41,834 nucleotides of DNA from Oculatellaceae cyanobacterium bins.114 (GTDB lineage: Bacteria; Cyanobacteriota; Cyanobacteriia; Elainellales; Elainellaceae): NCBI GenBank assembly GCA_033764315.1, contig JANRJA010000219.1, forward strand, positions 1 through 41,834, written 5' to 3'. The translations under genes were made by a program, and so were the position numbers. Below are positions 10,916 to 20,329 of this stretch, piece by piece. A model generated the notes under the pieces. That model ran no database searches. It was not told the DNA's origin and saw nothing but the letters and a program-made list of their open reading frames with translations. The stretch's first letter is position 1. Every line of letters starts with the position of its first letter.

Positions 10916-11713
10916 TTACTCAATCGCTTCCCAAAATTTTGCGTATAGGCGAGGAAACAAATCTTGTATTTTTGTTTCATCTTCGTTGCCATCATCATCA
11001 CTCCAGTCTGCTAAATTTCCTTTGAGTTCCTTTGACTCTGCGATTCTCTTTTCGCCAAAATCATCCTTCCCCGTCTTCTCCTCATACGCCTCTTGCGCCA
11101 CATACCAGATCTCTTCGCACTGAACGTCCTGATTCTCAATATCCACAACATCTGCGAGACTATCGGGGTTCTCTAAAGCTTGTTCAAAAATGGCTTGACC
11201 CTGTGCAATTAACCAACCTCGAAAGTAATCAAATCCATCATCACTGCACCCTCCGTTAATGATGTATGCGGCTCCCCACAGCCGAGCCTCAAACGACTTA
11301 TTTAGCAAGCGATGGAGAATTGTATCAAAGGAAACAATTTCAGCGTTAGTGAGTTTGCAGAGCTGCGCTTTTAGGGTCTCCAATTGCTCGTAAATATCTC
11401 CTCCACTTTCAGTTTTGCTGGCTTCAATGAGTTGCCAAAAGTCGTCTTCGGTTAACTGTTTTCGGGCGATCGCCTTCTTCTCAGTTTGTCCTAGCGTTGC
11501 GGGTGCATACCCCTTTTTAGTCTTTTCGCGGATCTTGGTTTGGTAGAATTTTTCTGCTTCATCCAGGGTTGAGAAGGTATGAGTTTCTGATCGTCCTACA
11601 CTACCAATCCGTCCAAACCGAATCGTCACCTGAGTTTCAGCGATCGCGATTTCGTAAAATTTATGGGAACCGGCATCACCCTCAGACAATTCAAGGTAAG
11701 TTACCGAGGTCAT
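10916..11713 (-). CDS. WGR domain + DUF4240 domain protein
   Basis: N-terminal SHKFYEI..RFGRIG..EKTKKGY (WGR); C-terminal FWQLIE..LWGAAYIINGGCSDDGFDYFRGWLIAQG (DUF4240). Confidence 0.85.
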   Translation of the reverse strand: MTSVTYLELSEGDAGSHKFYEIAIAETQVTIRFGRIGSVGRSETHTFSTLDEAEKFYQTKIREKTKKGYAPATLGQTEKKAIARKQLTEDDFWQLIEASKTESGGDIYEQLETLKAQLCKLTNAEIVSFDTILHRLLNKSFEARLWGAAYIINGGCSDDGFDYFRGWLIAQGQAIFEQALENPDSLADVVDIENQDVQCEEIWYVAQEAYEEKTGKDDFGEKRIAESKELKGNLADWSDDDGNEDETKIQDLFPRLYAKFWEAIE

Positions 11714-11799
11714 AGTTATACGAGGAGCCTTAAGGTCGAGCCAATTCTAGCCCATCGGTCAAAGAGGGGAAAAACAAGAGAGAAAAATAAAAAGGATGG

Positions 11800-11829
11800 T
11801 TAGTCCTTACTCAATTAGTCCTTACTCAA
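11800..11829 (+). repeat. Perfect 15-bp tandem duplication in the divergent WGR/chlH intergenic region
   Basis: TTAGTCCTTACTCAA x2 (11800-11814, 11815-11829). Confidence 0.9.
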
Positions 11830-12135
11830 AAATCATTACTTTATAGAGGACTACCAAAGGATGAAATGTGAAGTGTTTACTCACATTTTCATGAATAAAT
11901 GTAAAAAAATATCTCAGTTTTTTTATCATTTTGTATCAGATGTAGGGTGGATCTCCCTTCTGTCAAGGGTTTTCTGGTACAACGACACATGTAACACTTT
12001 TTAGGGATGGGTAAAGATAACCCCTCTGAGTCGCAAGCGGAATGGGTTACCGATCACTCACGCCCCATTTCACTGCTGACCATAATCACTGCAAATTGTT
12101 AGTCGCTCATTGCTTTTTGAGAGGAGCACATCTGA

Positions 12136-15100
12136 ATGTTTACTCACGTCAAGCCTGCCATCAGACATATCGTGCCCGATGATCTCAAGGGACGAGTCCT
12201 GATCAAGGTGGTCTATGTCGTGCTTGAACCGCAATATCAAAGTGCGCTATCCGCAGCGGTTCGTACCATCAACCAGACCAACCCCAACCTGGCGATCGAG
12301 ATTAGCGGCTATCTTCTTGAAGAACTTCGTAGCTCTGAAAACTACGAGGCATTCCAGCAGGATGTTGCTCAAGCAAATGTTTTCATTGGTTCCCTGATTT
12401 TCATCGAAGACCTAGCAGAAAAGGTAGTTACGGCTGTCGAGCCGCATCGCGATCGCCTGGATGTTGCCGTTGTCTTCCCATCTATGCCTCAGGTCATGCG
12501 CCTGAATAAAATGGGCACCTTCTCAATGGCGCAATTAGGGCAATCTAAAAGTGCGATCGCCCAATTCATGCGAAAGCGCAAAGAAAAATCTGGGTCAGGC
12601 TTTCAAGACGGCATGTTGAAGTTGCTGCAAACCCTGCCCAAAGTGCTGAAATATCTGCCAATGGATAAGGCACAGGATGCCCGCAATTTCATGCTCAGCT
12701 TTCAATATTGGTTGGGCGGCTCCGCTGAAAACCTGGAAAACTTCCTGTTGATGCTGGCAGATAAATACATTGCCCCTGCCAAAGCAAATGGCAATACGGT
12801 GCAATATCGTGAGCCTGTCACCTATCCCGATATGGGCATCTGGCATCCCCTGGCACCCCAGATGTTTGAGGATTTAAAGGAATACCTCAACTGGCACACG
12901 TCTCGCAAAGACATCTCTGAAGATTTGAAAGATCCTCTGGCACCCACCGTAGGACTGGTGTTGCAACGGACTCACTTAGTCACCGGAGACGATGCCCACT
13001 ATGTCGCGATGGTACAGGAATTGGAGTGCATGGGAGCACGGGTGATCCCCGTCTTTGCAGGAGGACTCGACTTCTCAAAACCCGTAGATGCCTATTTCTA
13101 CGACCCTCTGCTGAAAGGGGAAGTCCCTATTGTAGATGTGGTGATTTCCTTAACTGGTTTTGCTCTGGTAGGGGGGCCAGCTCGACAAGATCATCCCAAG
13201 GCGATCGATGCGTTAAAGCGGATTAACCGTCCCTATATGGTGGCGTTGCCTTTAGTCTTTCAAACCACTGAAGAATGGCAAGACAGCGACCTTGGTTTAC
13301 ACCCCATTCAAGTAGCTCTCCAAATCGCTATTCCTGAACTGGACGGGGCGATCGAGCCGATTGTCTTATCAGGACGCGATGGCACCACTGGAAAAGCGAT
13401 CGCCCTGCAAGATCGAGTCGAAGCCGTAGCTCAACGGGCTATGAAGTGGGCCAACTTGCGGCGCAAGCCCAAACTCGATAAGCGAGTCGCTATCACTGTA
13501 TTTAGCTTCCCTCCTGACAAAGGCAACGTGGGTACTGCCGCCTATCTAGACGTGTTTGGCTCCATCTTTGAGGTGATGCAGGTTCTCAAACACAACGGCT
13601 ACGACGTACAAGACTTGCCCGACTCCCCTGAGGCGTTGATGCAAGCAGTCATTCACGATGTACAGGCACAATACAGCAGCCCTGAGCTGAACATCGCCTA
13701 CCGCATGCCAGTGCAAGAATATGAGGAATTAACCCCCTACCATAAGCGATTAGAAGACTCGTGGGGGCCTGCTCCGGGTCACCTCAACACCGATGGACAA
13801 AACCTGCTGGTGTTTGGCAAATCGTTTGGAAATGTCTTCATTGGGGTACAGCCTACTTTCGGTTATGAAGGCGACCCGATGCGGTTGCTGTTCTCTCGAT
13901 CTGCCAGTCCTCACCACGGGTTTGCGGCTTACTACACCTATCTAGAGCACCTGTGGAAAGCCGATGCCGTTCTCCACTTTGGCACCCACGGGTCGCTAGA
14001 GTTTATGCCCGGTAAACAGATGGGCATGTCGGGCGACTGCTATCCCGATAACCTGATTGGCACGATCCCCAATCTCTATTACTACGCCGCCAACAACCCT
14101 TCTGAGGCAACGATCGCCAAACGCCGCAGCTATGCTGAAACCATCAGCTATCTCACCCCACCCGCCGAAAATGCTGGATTGTATAAGGGGCTAAAGGAAC
14201 TCAGTGAACTGATCGCCTCCTACCAAACCTTGAAGGACACCGGACGGGGGGTGCCCATCGTCAATGCGGTGATCGAGAAGTGCCGTCTGGTTAATCTCGA
14301 TAAAGACATTGAGTTACCGGAACAAGATGCGGCCGATTTGGAGGCTGAGCAACGCGATACGTTGATTGGCAAGGTCTACATCAAGCTGATGGAGATTGAA
14401 TCTCGCCTGTTGCCCTGTGGCTTACATGTGATTGGCAAACCTCCCTCAGCCGAAGAAGCGATCGCCACTCTGGTCAACATTGCCAGTCTCGATCGCCCTG
14501 AAGACGAAGTGATGAGCCTGCCCCGGATCATTGCCAACAGTTTGGGTCGTGACATTGATGATATTTTCAAAGGCAGCGATCGCGGTGTATTGGATGATGT
14601 GCAACTGCTCTATGACATCACTCAGGCAACTCGTCTCGCCGTGACCTCCATGGTCAAAGAAAAAATTGATGCTGAGGGACGAGTCTCACTGGTTTCAAAG
14701 CTCAATTTCTTTAACGTCGGGCGCAAAGAACCCTGGATTGAAGCCCTGCACGAAGCGGGCTACACCAAGGTTGACCCCGACGCTTTAAAGCCGCTATTTG
14801 AGTATCTGGAGTTTTGCCTGAAACAAATCTGTGCCGACAACGAGTTGGGCGCACTGATCAAAGCTCTGGAAGGCGAATACATTCTGCCAGGACCTGGGGG
14901 TGATCCGATTCGTAACCCAGATGTGTTACCCACGGGCAAAAACATCCATGCCCTCGATCCCCAATCCATCCCCACAACAGCAGCGGTGCAGTCGGCACAA
15001 ATCGTGGTCGATCGCCTATTAGCTCGCCAAAAGGCTGAGAATGGAGGCACCTATCCAGAAACGATCGCCTTTGTTTTGTGGGGCACCGACAATATCAAGA

Positions 15101-16122
15101 CCTACGGTGAATCGCTGGCACAGGTCATGTTACTGGCGGGTGTGCGTCCGTTGCCCGACTCATTGGGACGGGTCAACAAGCTAGAACTGATTCCACTGGA
15201 GGAGTTAGGACGACCCCGCATTGATGTGGTGGTGAACTGTTCTGGGGTGTTCCGCGATTTGTTTATCAATCAGATGAATCTGCTCGATCGCGCTATCAAA
15301 ATGGCAGCCGAAGCCGAGGAGCCACTCGAGATGAACTTCATCCGCAAACACGCCCTCAAGCAAGCCGAAGACATGGGTATCAACCTACGTCAGGCTGCAA
15401 CTCGCGTCTTCTCTAATGCGTCGGGTTCCTATTCTTCTAACGTCAACTTGGCGGTTGAAAATAGCACCTGGGAAAGTGAGGCGGAGTTGCAGGATATGTA
15501 TCTAGCTCGCAAGTCCTTCTCCTTTAACTCCGATAATCCGGGGGTGATGGATGAGTCGCGCCAGATTTTTGAGACAACGCTCAAAACGGTAGAGGTCACC
15601 TTCCAGAACCTCGACTCCTCAGAGATTTCCCTTACCGACGTGTCACACTACTTTGACTCTGACCCCACCAAAGTGGTCGCCACACTGCGAGGGGATGGCA
15701 AAACGCCTGCGGCTTACATCGCCGATTCGACCACTGCCAATGCTCAGGTGCGATCGCTCTCTGAAACGGTGCGACTGGATGCCCGAACCAAGATGCTTAA
15801 CCCCAAGTGGTATGAAGGCATGTTGTCTCACGGCTATGAAGGAGTACGGGAACTGTCAAAGCGATTGGTCAACACGATGGGCTGGTCAGCCACCGCCGGA
15901 GCTGTTGACAACTGGGTCTATGAAGATGTCAACACCACCTTCATGCAGGATGAAGAGATGCGGAAACGGCTGCTCAACCTCAACCCCCACTCGTTCCGTA
16001 AAATGGTTGGAACTCTGCTAGAGGTTAATGGTCGCGGTTACTGGGAAACCAGTGAAAGTAACCTGCAACTCTTGCGGGAGCTATATCAGGAAGTAGAAGA
16101 CCGGATCGAAGGGATTGAATAA
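12136..16122 (+). CDS. chlH: Magnesium chelatase subunit H
   Basis: 1328 aa; [19 protein letters not shown] start, [32 protein letters not shown]; ends [17 protein letters not shown] upstream. Confidence 0.98.
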   Translation: MFTHVKPAIRHIVPDDLKGRVLIKVVYVVLEPQYQSALSAAVRTINQTNPNLAIEISGYLLEELRSSENYEAFQQDVAQANVFIGSLIFIEDLAEKVVTAVEPHRDRLDVAVVFPSMPQVMRLNKMGTFSMAQLGQSKSAIAQFMRKRKEKSGSGFQDGMLKLLQTLPKVLKYLPMDKAQDARNFMLSFQYWLGGSAENLENFLLMLADKYIAPAKANGNTVQYREPVTYPDMGIWHPLAPQMFEDLKEYLNWHTSRKDISEDLKDPLAPTVGLVLQRTHLVTGDDAHYVAMVQELECMGARVIPVFAGGLDFSKPVDAYFYDPLLKGEVPIVDVVISLTGFALVGGPARQDHPKAIDALKRINRPYMVALPLVFQTTEEWQDSDLGLHPIQVALQIAIPELDGAIEPIVLSGRDGTTGKAIALQDRVEAVAQRAMKWANLRRKPKLDKRVAITVFSFPPDKGNVGTAAYLDVFGSIFEVMQVLKHNGYDVQDLPDSPEALMQAVIHDVQAQYSSPELNIAYRMPVQEYEELTPYHKRLEDSWGPAPGHLNTDGQNLLVFGKSFGNVFIGVQPTFGYEGDPMRLLFSRSASPHHGFAAYYTYLEHLWKADAVLHFGTHGSLEFMPGKQMGMSGDCYPDNLIGTIPNLYYYAANNPSEATIAKRRSYAETISYLTPPAENAGLYKGLKELSELIASYQTLKDTGRGVPIVNAVIEKCRLVNLDKDIELPEQDAADLEAEQRDTLIGKVYIKLMEIESRLLPCGLHVIGKPPSAEEAIATLVNIASLDRPEDEVMSLPRIIANSLGRDIDDIFKGSDRGVLDDVQLLYDITQATRLAVTSMVKEKIDAEGRVSLVSKLNFFNVGRKEPWIEALHEAGYTKVDPDALKPLFEYLEFCLKQICADNELGALIKALEGEYILPGPGGDPIRNPDVLPTGKNIHALDPQSIPTTAAVQSAQIVVDRLLARQKAENGGTYPETIAFVLWGTDNIKTYGESLAQVMLLAGVRPLPDSLGRVNKLELIPLEELGRPRIDVVVNCSGVFRDLFINQMNLLDRAIKMAAEAEEPLEMNFIRKHALKQAEDMGINLRQAATRVFSNASGSYSSNVNLAVENSTWESEAELQDMYLARKSFSFNSDNPGVMDESRQIFETTLKTVEVTFQNLDSSEISLTDVSHYFDSDPTKVVATLRGDGKTPAAYIADSTTANAQVRSLSETVRLDARTKMLNPKWYEGMLSHGYEGVRELSKRLVNTMGWSATAGAVDNWVYEDVNTTFMQDEEMRKRLLNLNPHSFRKMVGTLLEVNGRGYWETSESNLQLLRELYQEVEDRIEGIE

Positions 16123-16241
16123 AAGAGAAAACTGAAGATTGAAGAAAGAAGATCGAAGAAGAAAAACTGGAATAGCACGATAATATCTATCGAAGCAATT
16201 CCCTTTCTCTCTTCTGTCTTCTTTTTTCTTTCTTGTTACCT

Positions 16242-17630
16242 ATGCCCCTACCCGTCGATCGTGCCAAGACTCTCAAAGATGCCTTTCGGGTGTGTGATGT
16301 TCGTCCGCTCCAAGGAGCAGATATCGAGCGGTATTATGTCGATCTATCGGTAGTTCGGAGCACAGAGGCGATCGCAGGGGTGAGCAGTCGTCTTGATTTT
16401 TTGGAACCCGGTGAATGTACGACGATTCTGTTTACAGGGCATCGGGGTTGCGGCAAAAGCACTGAGTTGCGGCGAATTCAAGCCAATTGGGAAACCGCAT
16501 ATCGGGTCATTTACCTGGAAGCGGATAAAGAGCTTGATGTCAACGATGCTCAATATACTGATATTTACCTTGTGATTATCAAGCGGGTGGCAGAGGAGTT
16601 ACGCAAACTGGGGCTGAAGTTTGACCCGAAGCTATTGAGCAGTTTTGAAACCTGGTTTAAAGATGTAACCCAAGAAACAGAGGAGACCGTTGAGAAGTCG
16701 ATCGCTCTGGAAGCAGGCGTTGAAGCAGGTCTTGAAGTCCCGTTTCTATCAAAGTTATTAACCAAGCTGTTAGCTCAAATTCGCGGTTCTAACAAACAAA
16801 GAACACTAATCCGCAAAACTCTAGAGCAAGATATCTCGCGCCTCAAAACCGATATCAACCTGTTGCTGGGTAATGCTCAACGCCAACTGATGCTCTATGC
16901 TCAGGCAATGCGGCAAATCAAGCCTGACTTCCCCAGCTACAAAGGCTTTTTGATTTTGTTTGACAATTTAGATCGGGTGCCACCAGAGGTCGGGCGGCAT
17001 TTGTTCATTCACTATGCATCGCAGTTGCAAGATCTCGACTGCACCATTATTTACACTGCTCCTATCTCAGTCGTTTATGCCGAGCAAAGCCTGAGCAATA
17101 GCTTTGGTTCGCCGAACACGATCCCCATGATTAACATCTACGGGGGCGATCGCACTCTCTGCAATCTGGACTACAACCCCACCGGACTAGAGGCAGTAGC
17201 CGCAATCATTGAGCAAAGGGTTGAAGTTGAGCAAATTTTTGAGTCACGAGAGCAGTTGCTAGAATTAGCGAAAGCTAGCGGGGGTCGTGTACGGCAATTG
17301 ATGCAACTGATGAATATCGCCTGTGTCACTGCTCACAGTCGAAAACACGCTAAGATTTTGCCAGAGGATGTGTTGTATGCCACCAAGCAGGTGCAGTTTG
17401 ACTTTGAACGGCTCGTGCATAGCCATCATTACCCGATTTTGGCGAAAGTCTGTCTGACCAAACAGGTGGAACGCGATGAGGTGGGGCAACTGATGTTGTT
17501 TAACACCTCGGTATTGGAATATAACGGTCTCGATCGGTGGAATTACATTAACCCGTTGGTGATGCGTAGCCATGCCTTTCAACAAGCTCTTCAAACGCTC
17601 CAACAAGAAGCAAGCAACACCAACGCCTGA
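16242..17630 (+). CDS. P-loop NTPase (AAA+/STAND-like, uncharacterised cyanobacterial family)
   Basis: Walker A GHRGCGKST, Walker B ILFDNLDR, SGGRVRQL motif. ATG at 16242 preferred over TTG at 16233. Confidence 0.85.
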   Translation: MPLPVDRAKTLKDAFRVCDVRPLQGADIERYYVDLSVVRSTEAIAGVSSRLDFLEPGECTTILFTGHRGCGKSTELRRIQANWETAYRVIYLEADKELDVNDAQYTDIYLVIIKRVAEELRKLGLKFDPKLLSSFETWFKDVTQETEETVEKSIALEAGVEAGLEVPFLSKLLTKLLAQIRGSNKQRTLIRKTLEQDISRLKTDINLLLGNAQRQLMLYAQAMRQIKPDFPSYKGFLILFDNLDRVPPEVGRHLFIHYASQLQDLDCTIIYTAPISVVYAEQSLSNSFGSPNTIPMINIYGGDRTLCNLDYNPTGLEAVAAIIEQRVEVEQIFESREQLLELAKASGGRVRQLMQLMNIACVTAHSRKHAKILPEDVLYATKQVQFDFERLVHSHHYPILAKVCLTKQVERDEVGQLMLFNTSVLEYNGLDRWNYINPLVMRSHAFQQALQTLQQEASNTNA

Positions 17631-20109
17631 CGCAACGCCATCTGAGCCGAGTCTGGCAAAACTGCCGCCGCCGCTGATCGCCCAAAATCAAGACACCTTT
17701 GAAGAGTTAGTCACATTTCTTGATTTTGTGGAAGGGTTCAAAATCGGTTTTGTGGAGGTCAACTTTGGTCAAGACTCCACCACGTTGCTAGAGGCGTTGC
17801 AAACCCATCCCCAGTGTCAAACAATTCAATTTGCCGTCTTCAATTTCTCCAATCCTGACCTGCGCTATCTGCGAGATGAGTTGGTGAAGGCATTTGCCAC
17901 AGTTGCAATTGAGCCAGACAAAAAGCTAGTGCTAGTGATTCAAGGGTTAGAGAACACGATCGGCATGACAGGCGATTATCCACCTATGCTGGTCGATCTC
18001 AACTACATCCGGGATGCCTTTCCAGAAAGCCTTCCTCACCCCCTGCTGTTTTTCTTGCCGGATTATGCCCTGACTCGTCTGGCGCGGTTTGCTCCCGACT
18101 TTTGGGATTGGCGATCGGGTGTGTTTCGCTTTCGCACGACTCAAAACTCTCAAGATGCCGCCTTTTTTCAAACACTGAATCGCCCCTGGAATTCCGGTAG
18201 AGCGACGTGGCTGGAGTGGCAAGATCGGATTGACACCTTGCAACGATTGGCAATGGAATACCGCCCCCTGATGGAACAGGGGGTCAAAGGCGACCTGAAG
18301 AACTACGTCCTTATCCTGACTGAGTTAGGGGAGGCTTACCGTCACCTTGGTGAGGTCCATAAAGCCAAAGAGCAATTTGACATCGCGATCCTGGTTTCTC
18401 AAGATCAACCGAACCTGGCACAATATAAAGCGGGTGCATTGCATGAATTAGGAATTCTCAAAACCCAGCAAGGGGAAATTGAAGGGGCGATTGCCCTCTA
18501 TTATCAAGTTTTAGCTCTTGACGAGCAGATGGGGAATTTGAAGGGCAAAGCCACCACTTTGTGCCAGTTAGGAAATCTCAAAGCGGAGCAGGGAGAAATT
18601 GAGGAGGCGATTGCCCTCTATCAGCAGTCCTTAACCCTCCACGAGCAGATGGGGAATTTGAAGGGCAAAGCCACCACTTTGCACCAGTTCGGCATCCTCA
18701 AAATGGAGCAAGGAGAGATTGAAGAGGCGATCGCCCTCTGTCAGGAATCTTTAGCCCTCCACGAGCAGATTGGAGATATACGGTGTAAAGCTGCTAACCT
18801 GCATCTGTTGGGCAGCCTCAAAGCAGAGCAGGGAGAAAATGAAGAAGCACTTGCCTTTTATCAGCGGTCTCTAGCCCTCGACGAGCAAACTGGAAATTTA
18901 CGGAATAAAGCCGACACCTTGCATCAGTTGGGTATCCTCAAAGCGGAGCAAGGAGAGATTGAAGAGGCGATAGCTCTCTATCAGCAGTCCTTAGACCTTA
19001 AGGAGAAGATTGGGAATGTGCAGGGGAAAGCAGCCACCTTGGGTCAGTTGGGCAGCCTCAAAGCCAATCAGGGAAAAATTGAAGAGGCGATCGCCCTTTT
19101 TCATCAAGTGTTGGAGCTTCAGGAGAAATTTGGTGATGCTCACGGCAAAGCCATAACTTTATCGTGGTTAGGGTATTTAGTAGAGAAACAAGGTAATTTG
19201 ACTACTGCGTTAAATCATTTGCAGCCATCATTGGAGATTTTACAACGACTTCAATTACCTCACATGGCGCGAGTGCAGGCGATCTACAATCGGGTAAGGG
19301 TAAAAGCATTACAGGAACTGGCAACACTCAAAGCCAATCAGGGAAAAATTGAAGAGGCGATCGCCCTTTTTCATCAAGTGTTGGAGCTTCAGGAGAAATC
19401 TGGTGATGCTTATGGCAGAGCCATAACTTTATCGTGGTTAGGGTATTTAGCAGAGAAACAAGGTGATTTAACTACTGCGTTAACTCATTTGCAGCCATCA
19501 TTAGAGATTTTACAGTCACTTCAATCACCTCACGTATCACAAGTACAGGCAATCCATGATCGAGTGAGGGTAAAAGCATTACAGGAACTAGCAACACTCA
19601 AAGCCAATCAGGGAGAAATTGAGGAGGCGATCGCCCTTTATCAGCAGTCGTTAGAAATTGATGAGCAGATTGGTAATGTACAAGGTAGAGCTACTACCCT
19701 ATATGCATTAGGTGCTTGCAAAGTTAATCAGGGAGAAATTGAAGAGGGGAGCACTTTGCTTCGTCAAGCGTTAGATCTTACAGAGCAGTCCGAGGATGTA
19801 AAAGGTAAAGTTATGGCCTTGAATTGTCTTGGAATGCTCAAAGCCATCCAGGGAGAGGTTGAGGAGGCGATCGTCCTCTATCAGCAATTGTTAACTCTCG
19901 CAGAGCAGGCTAGGGATATGCAGAGCAAAGGCGTGACGTTATTGTGGTTAGGTGTTTTAGCTGAACTGCAAGATGATCTGACTACTGCCTTGACCTATGC
20001 ACAGCAGTCCTTAGAGATTTTGCAACAACTCCAATCACCAGAGGCAGCAAAAGTTCAAGAAATGCGCGATCGCCTTCGGGCAAAGCTCAGTTCAGAGGAA
20101 CCAGGTTAG
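17572..20109 (+). CDS. TPR-array protein with N-terminal alpha/beta domain (LN..RD...APDFWDWRSGVFRF)
   Basis: About 12 repeats of ~40 aa (LG.LKAEQGEIEEAIALYQQSL); overlaps the upstream ATPase gene by 59 nt. Confidence 0.88.
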   Translation: MPFNKLFKRSNKKQATPTPDATPSEPSLAKLPPPLIAQNQDTFEELVTFLDFVEGFKIGFVEVNFGQDSTTLLEALQTHPQCQTIQFAVFNFSNPDLRYLRDELVKAFATVAIEPDKKLVLVIQGLENTIGMTGDYPPMLVDLNYIRDAFPESLPHPLLFFLPDYALTRLARFAPDFWDWRSGVFRFRTTQNSQDAAFFQTLNRPWNSGRATWLEWQDRIDTLQRLAMEYRPLMEQGVKGDLKNYVLILTELGEAYRHLGEVHKAKEQFDIAILVSQDQPNLAQYKAGALHELGILKTQQGEIEGAIALYYQVLALDEQMGNLKGKATTLCQLGNLKAEQGEIEEAIALYQQSLTLHEQMGNLKGKATTLHQFGILKMEQGEIEEAIALCQESLALHEQIGDIRCKAANLHLLGSLKAEQGENEEALAFYQRSLALDEQTGNLRNKADTLHQLGILKAEQGEIEEAIALYQQSLDLKEKIGNVQGKAATLGQLGSLKANQGKIEEAIALFHQVLELQEKFGDAHGKAITLSWLGYLVEKQGNLTTALNHLQPSLEILQRLQLPHMARVQAIYNRVRVKALQELATLKANQGKIEEAIALFHQVLELQEKSGDAYGRAITLSWLGYLAEKQGDLTTALTHLQPSLEILQSLQSPHVSQVQAIHDRVRVKALQELATLKANQGEIEEAIALYQQSLEIDEQIGNVQGRATTLYALGACKVNQGEIEEGSTLLRQALDLTEQSEDVKGKVMALNCLGMLKAIQGEVEEAIVLYQQLLTLAEQARDMQSKGVTLLWLGVLAELQDDLTTALTYAQQSLEILQQLQSPEAAKVQEMRDRLRAKLSSEEPG
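19057..19596 (+). repeat. 270-bp (90-codon) tandem duplication within the TPR gene
   Basis: Units beginning CTCAAAGCCAATCAGGGA at 19057, 19327 and 19597; the first two are near-identical at DNA level. Confidence 0.9.
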
Positions 20110-20329
20110 AAATTTGGACTGGGGCGATCGCAGAGTAGGAATGATTGCAGTCTGCTGGAGAGCAGTTGGATTACAGTAGATTGGATTAAAGTAGAAAAGT
20201 TGAGACGTATCAGAATCAATAGCCTTATCAGGTGATTTACTGCCTGCTTTAAAGACTACTTTTCTTTTACAGCCTCTCTACAATCTCTCTCCCTCATCTC
20301 TTCAACACTTCTCCCAGCTCTGAATCACC

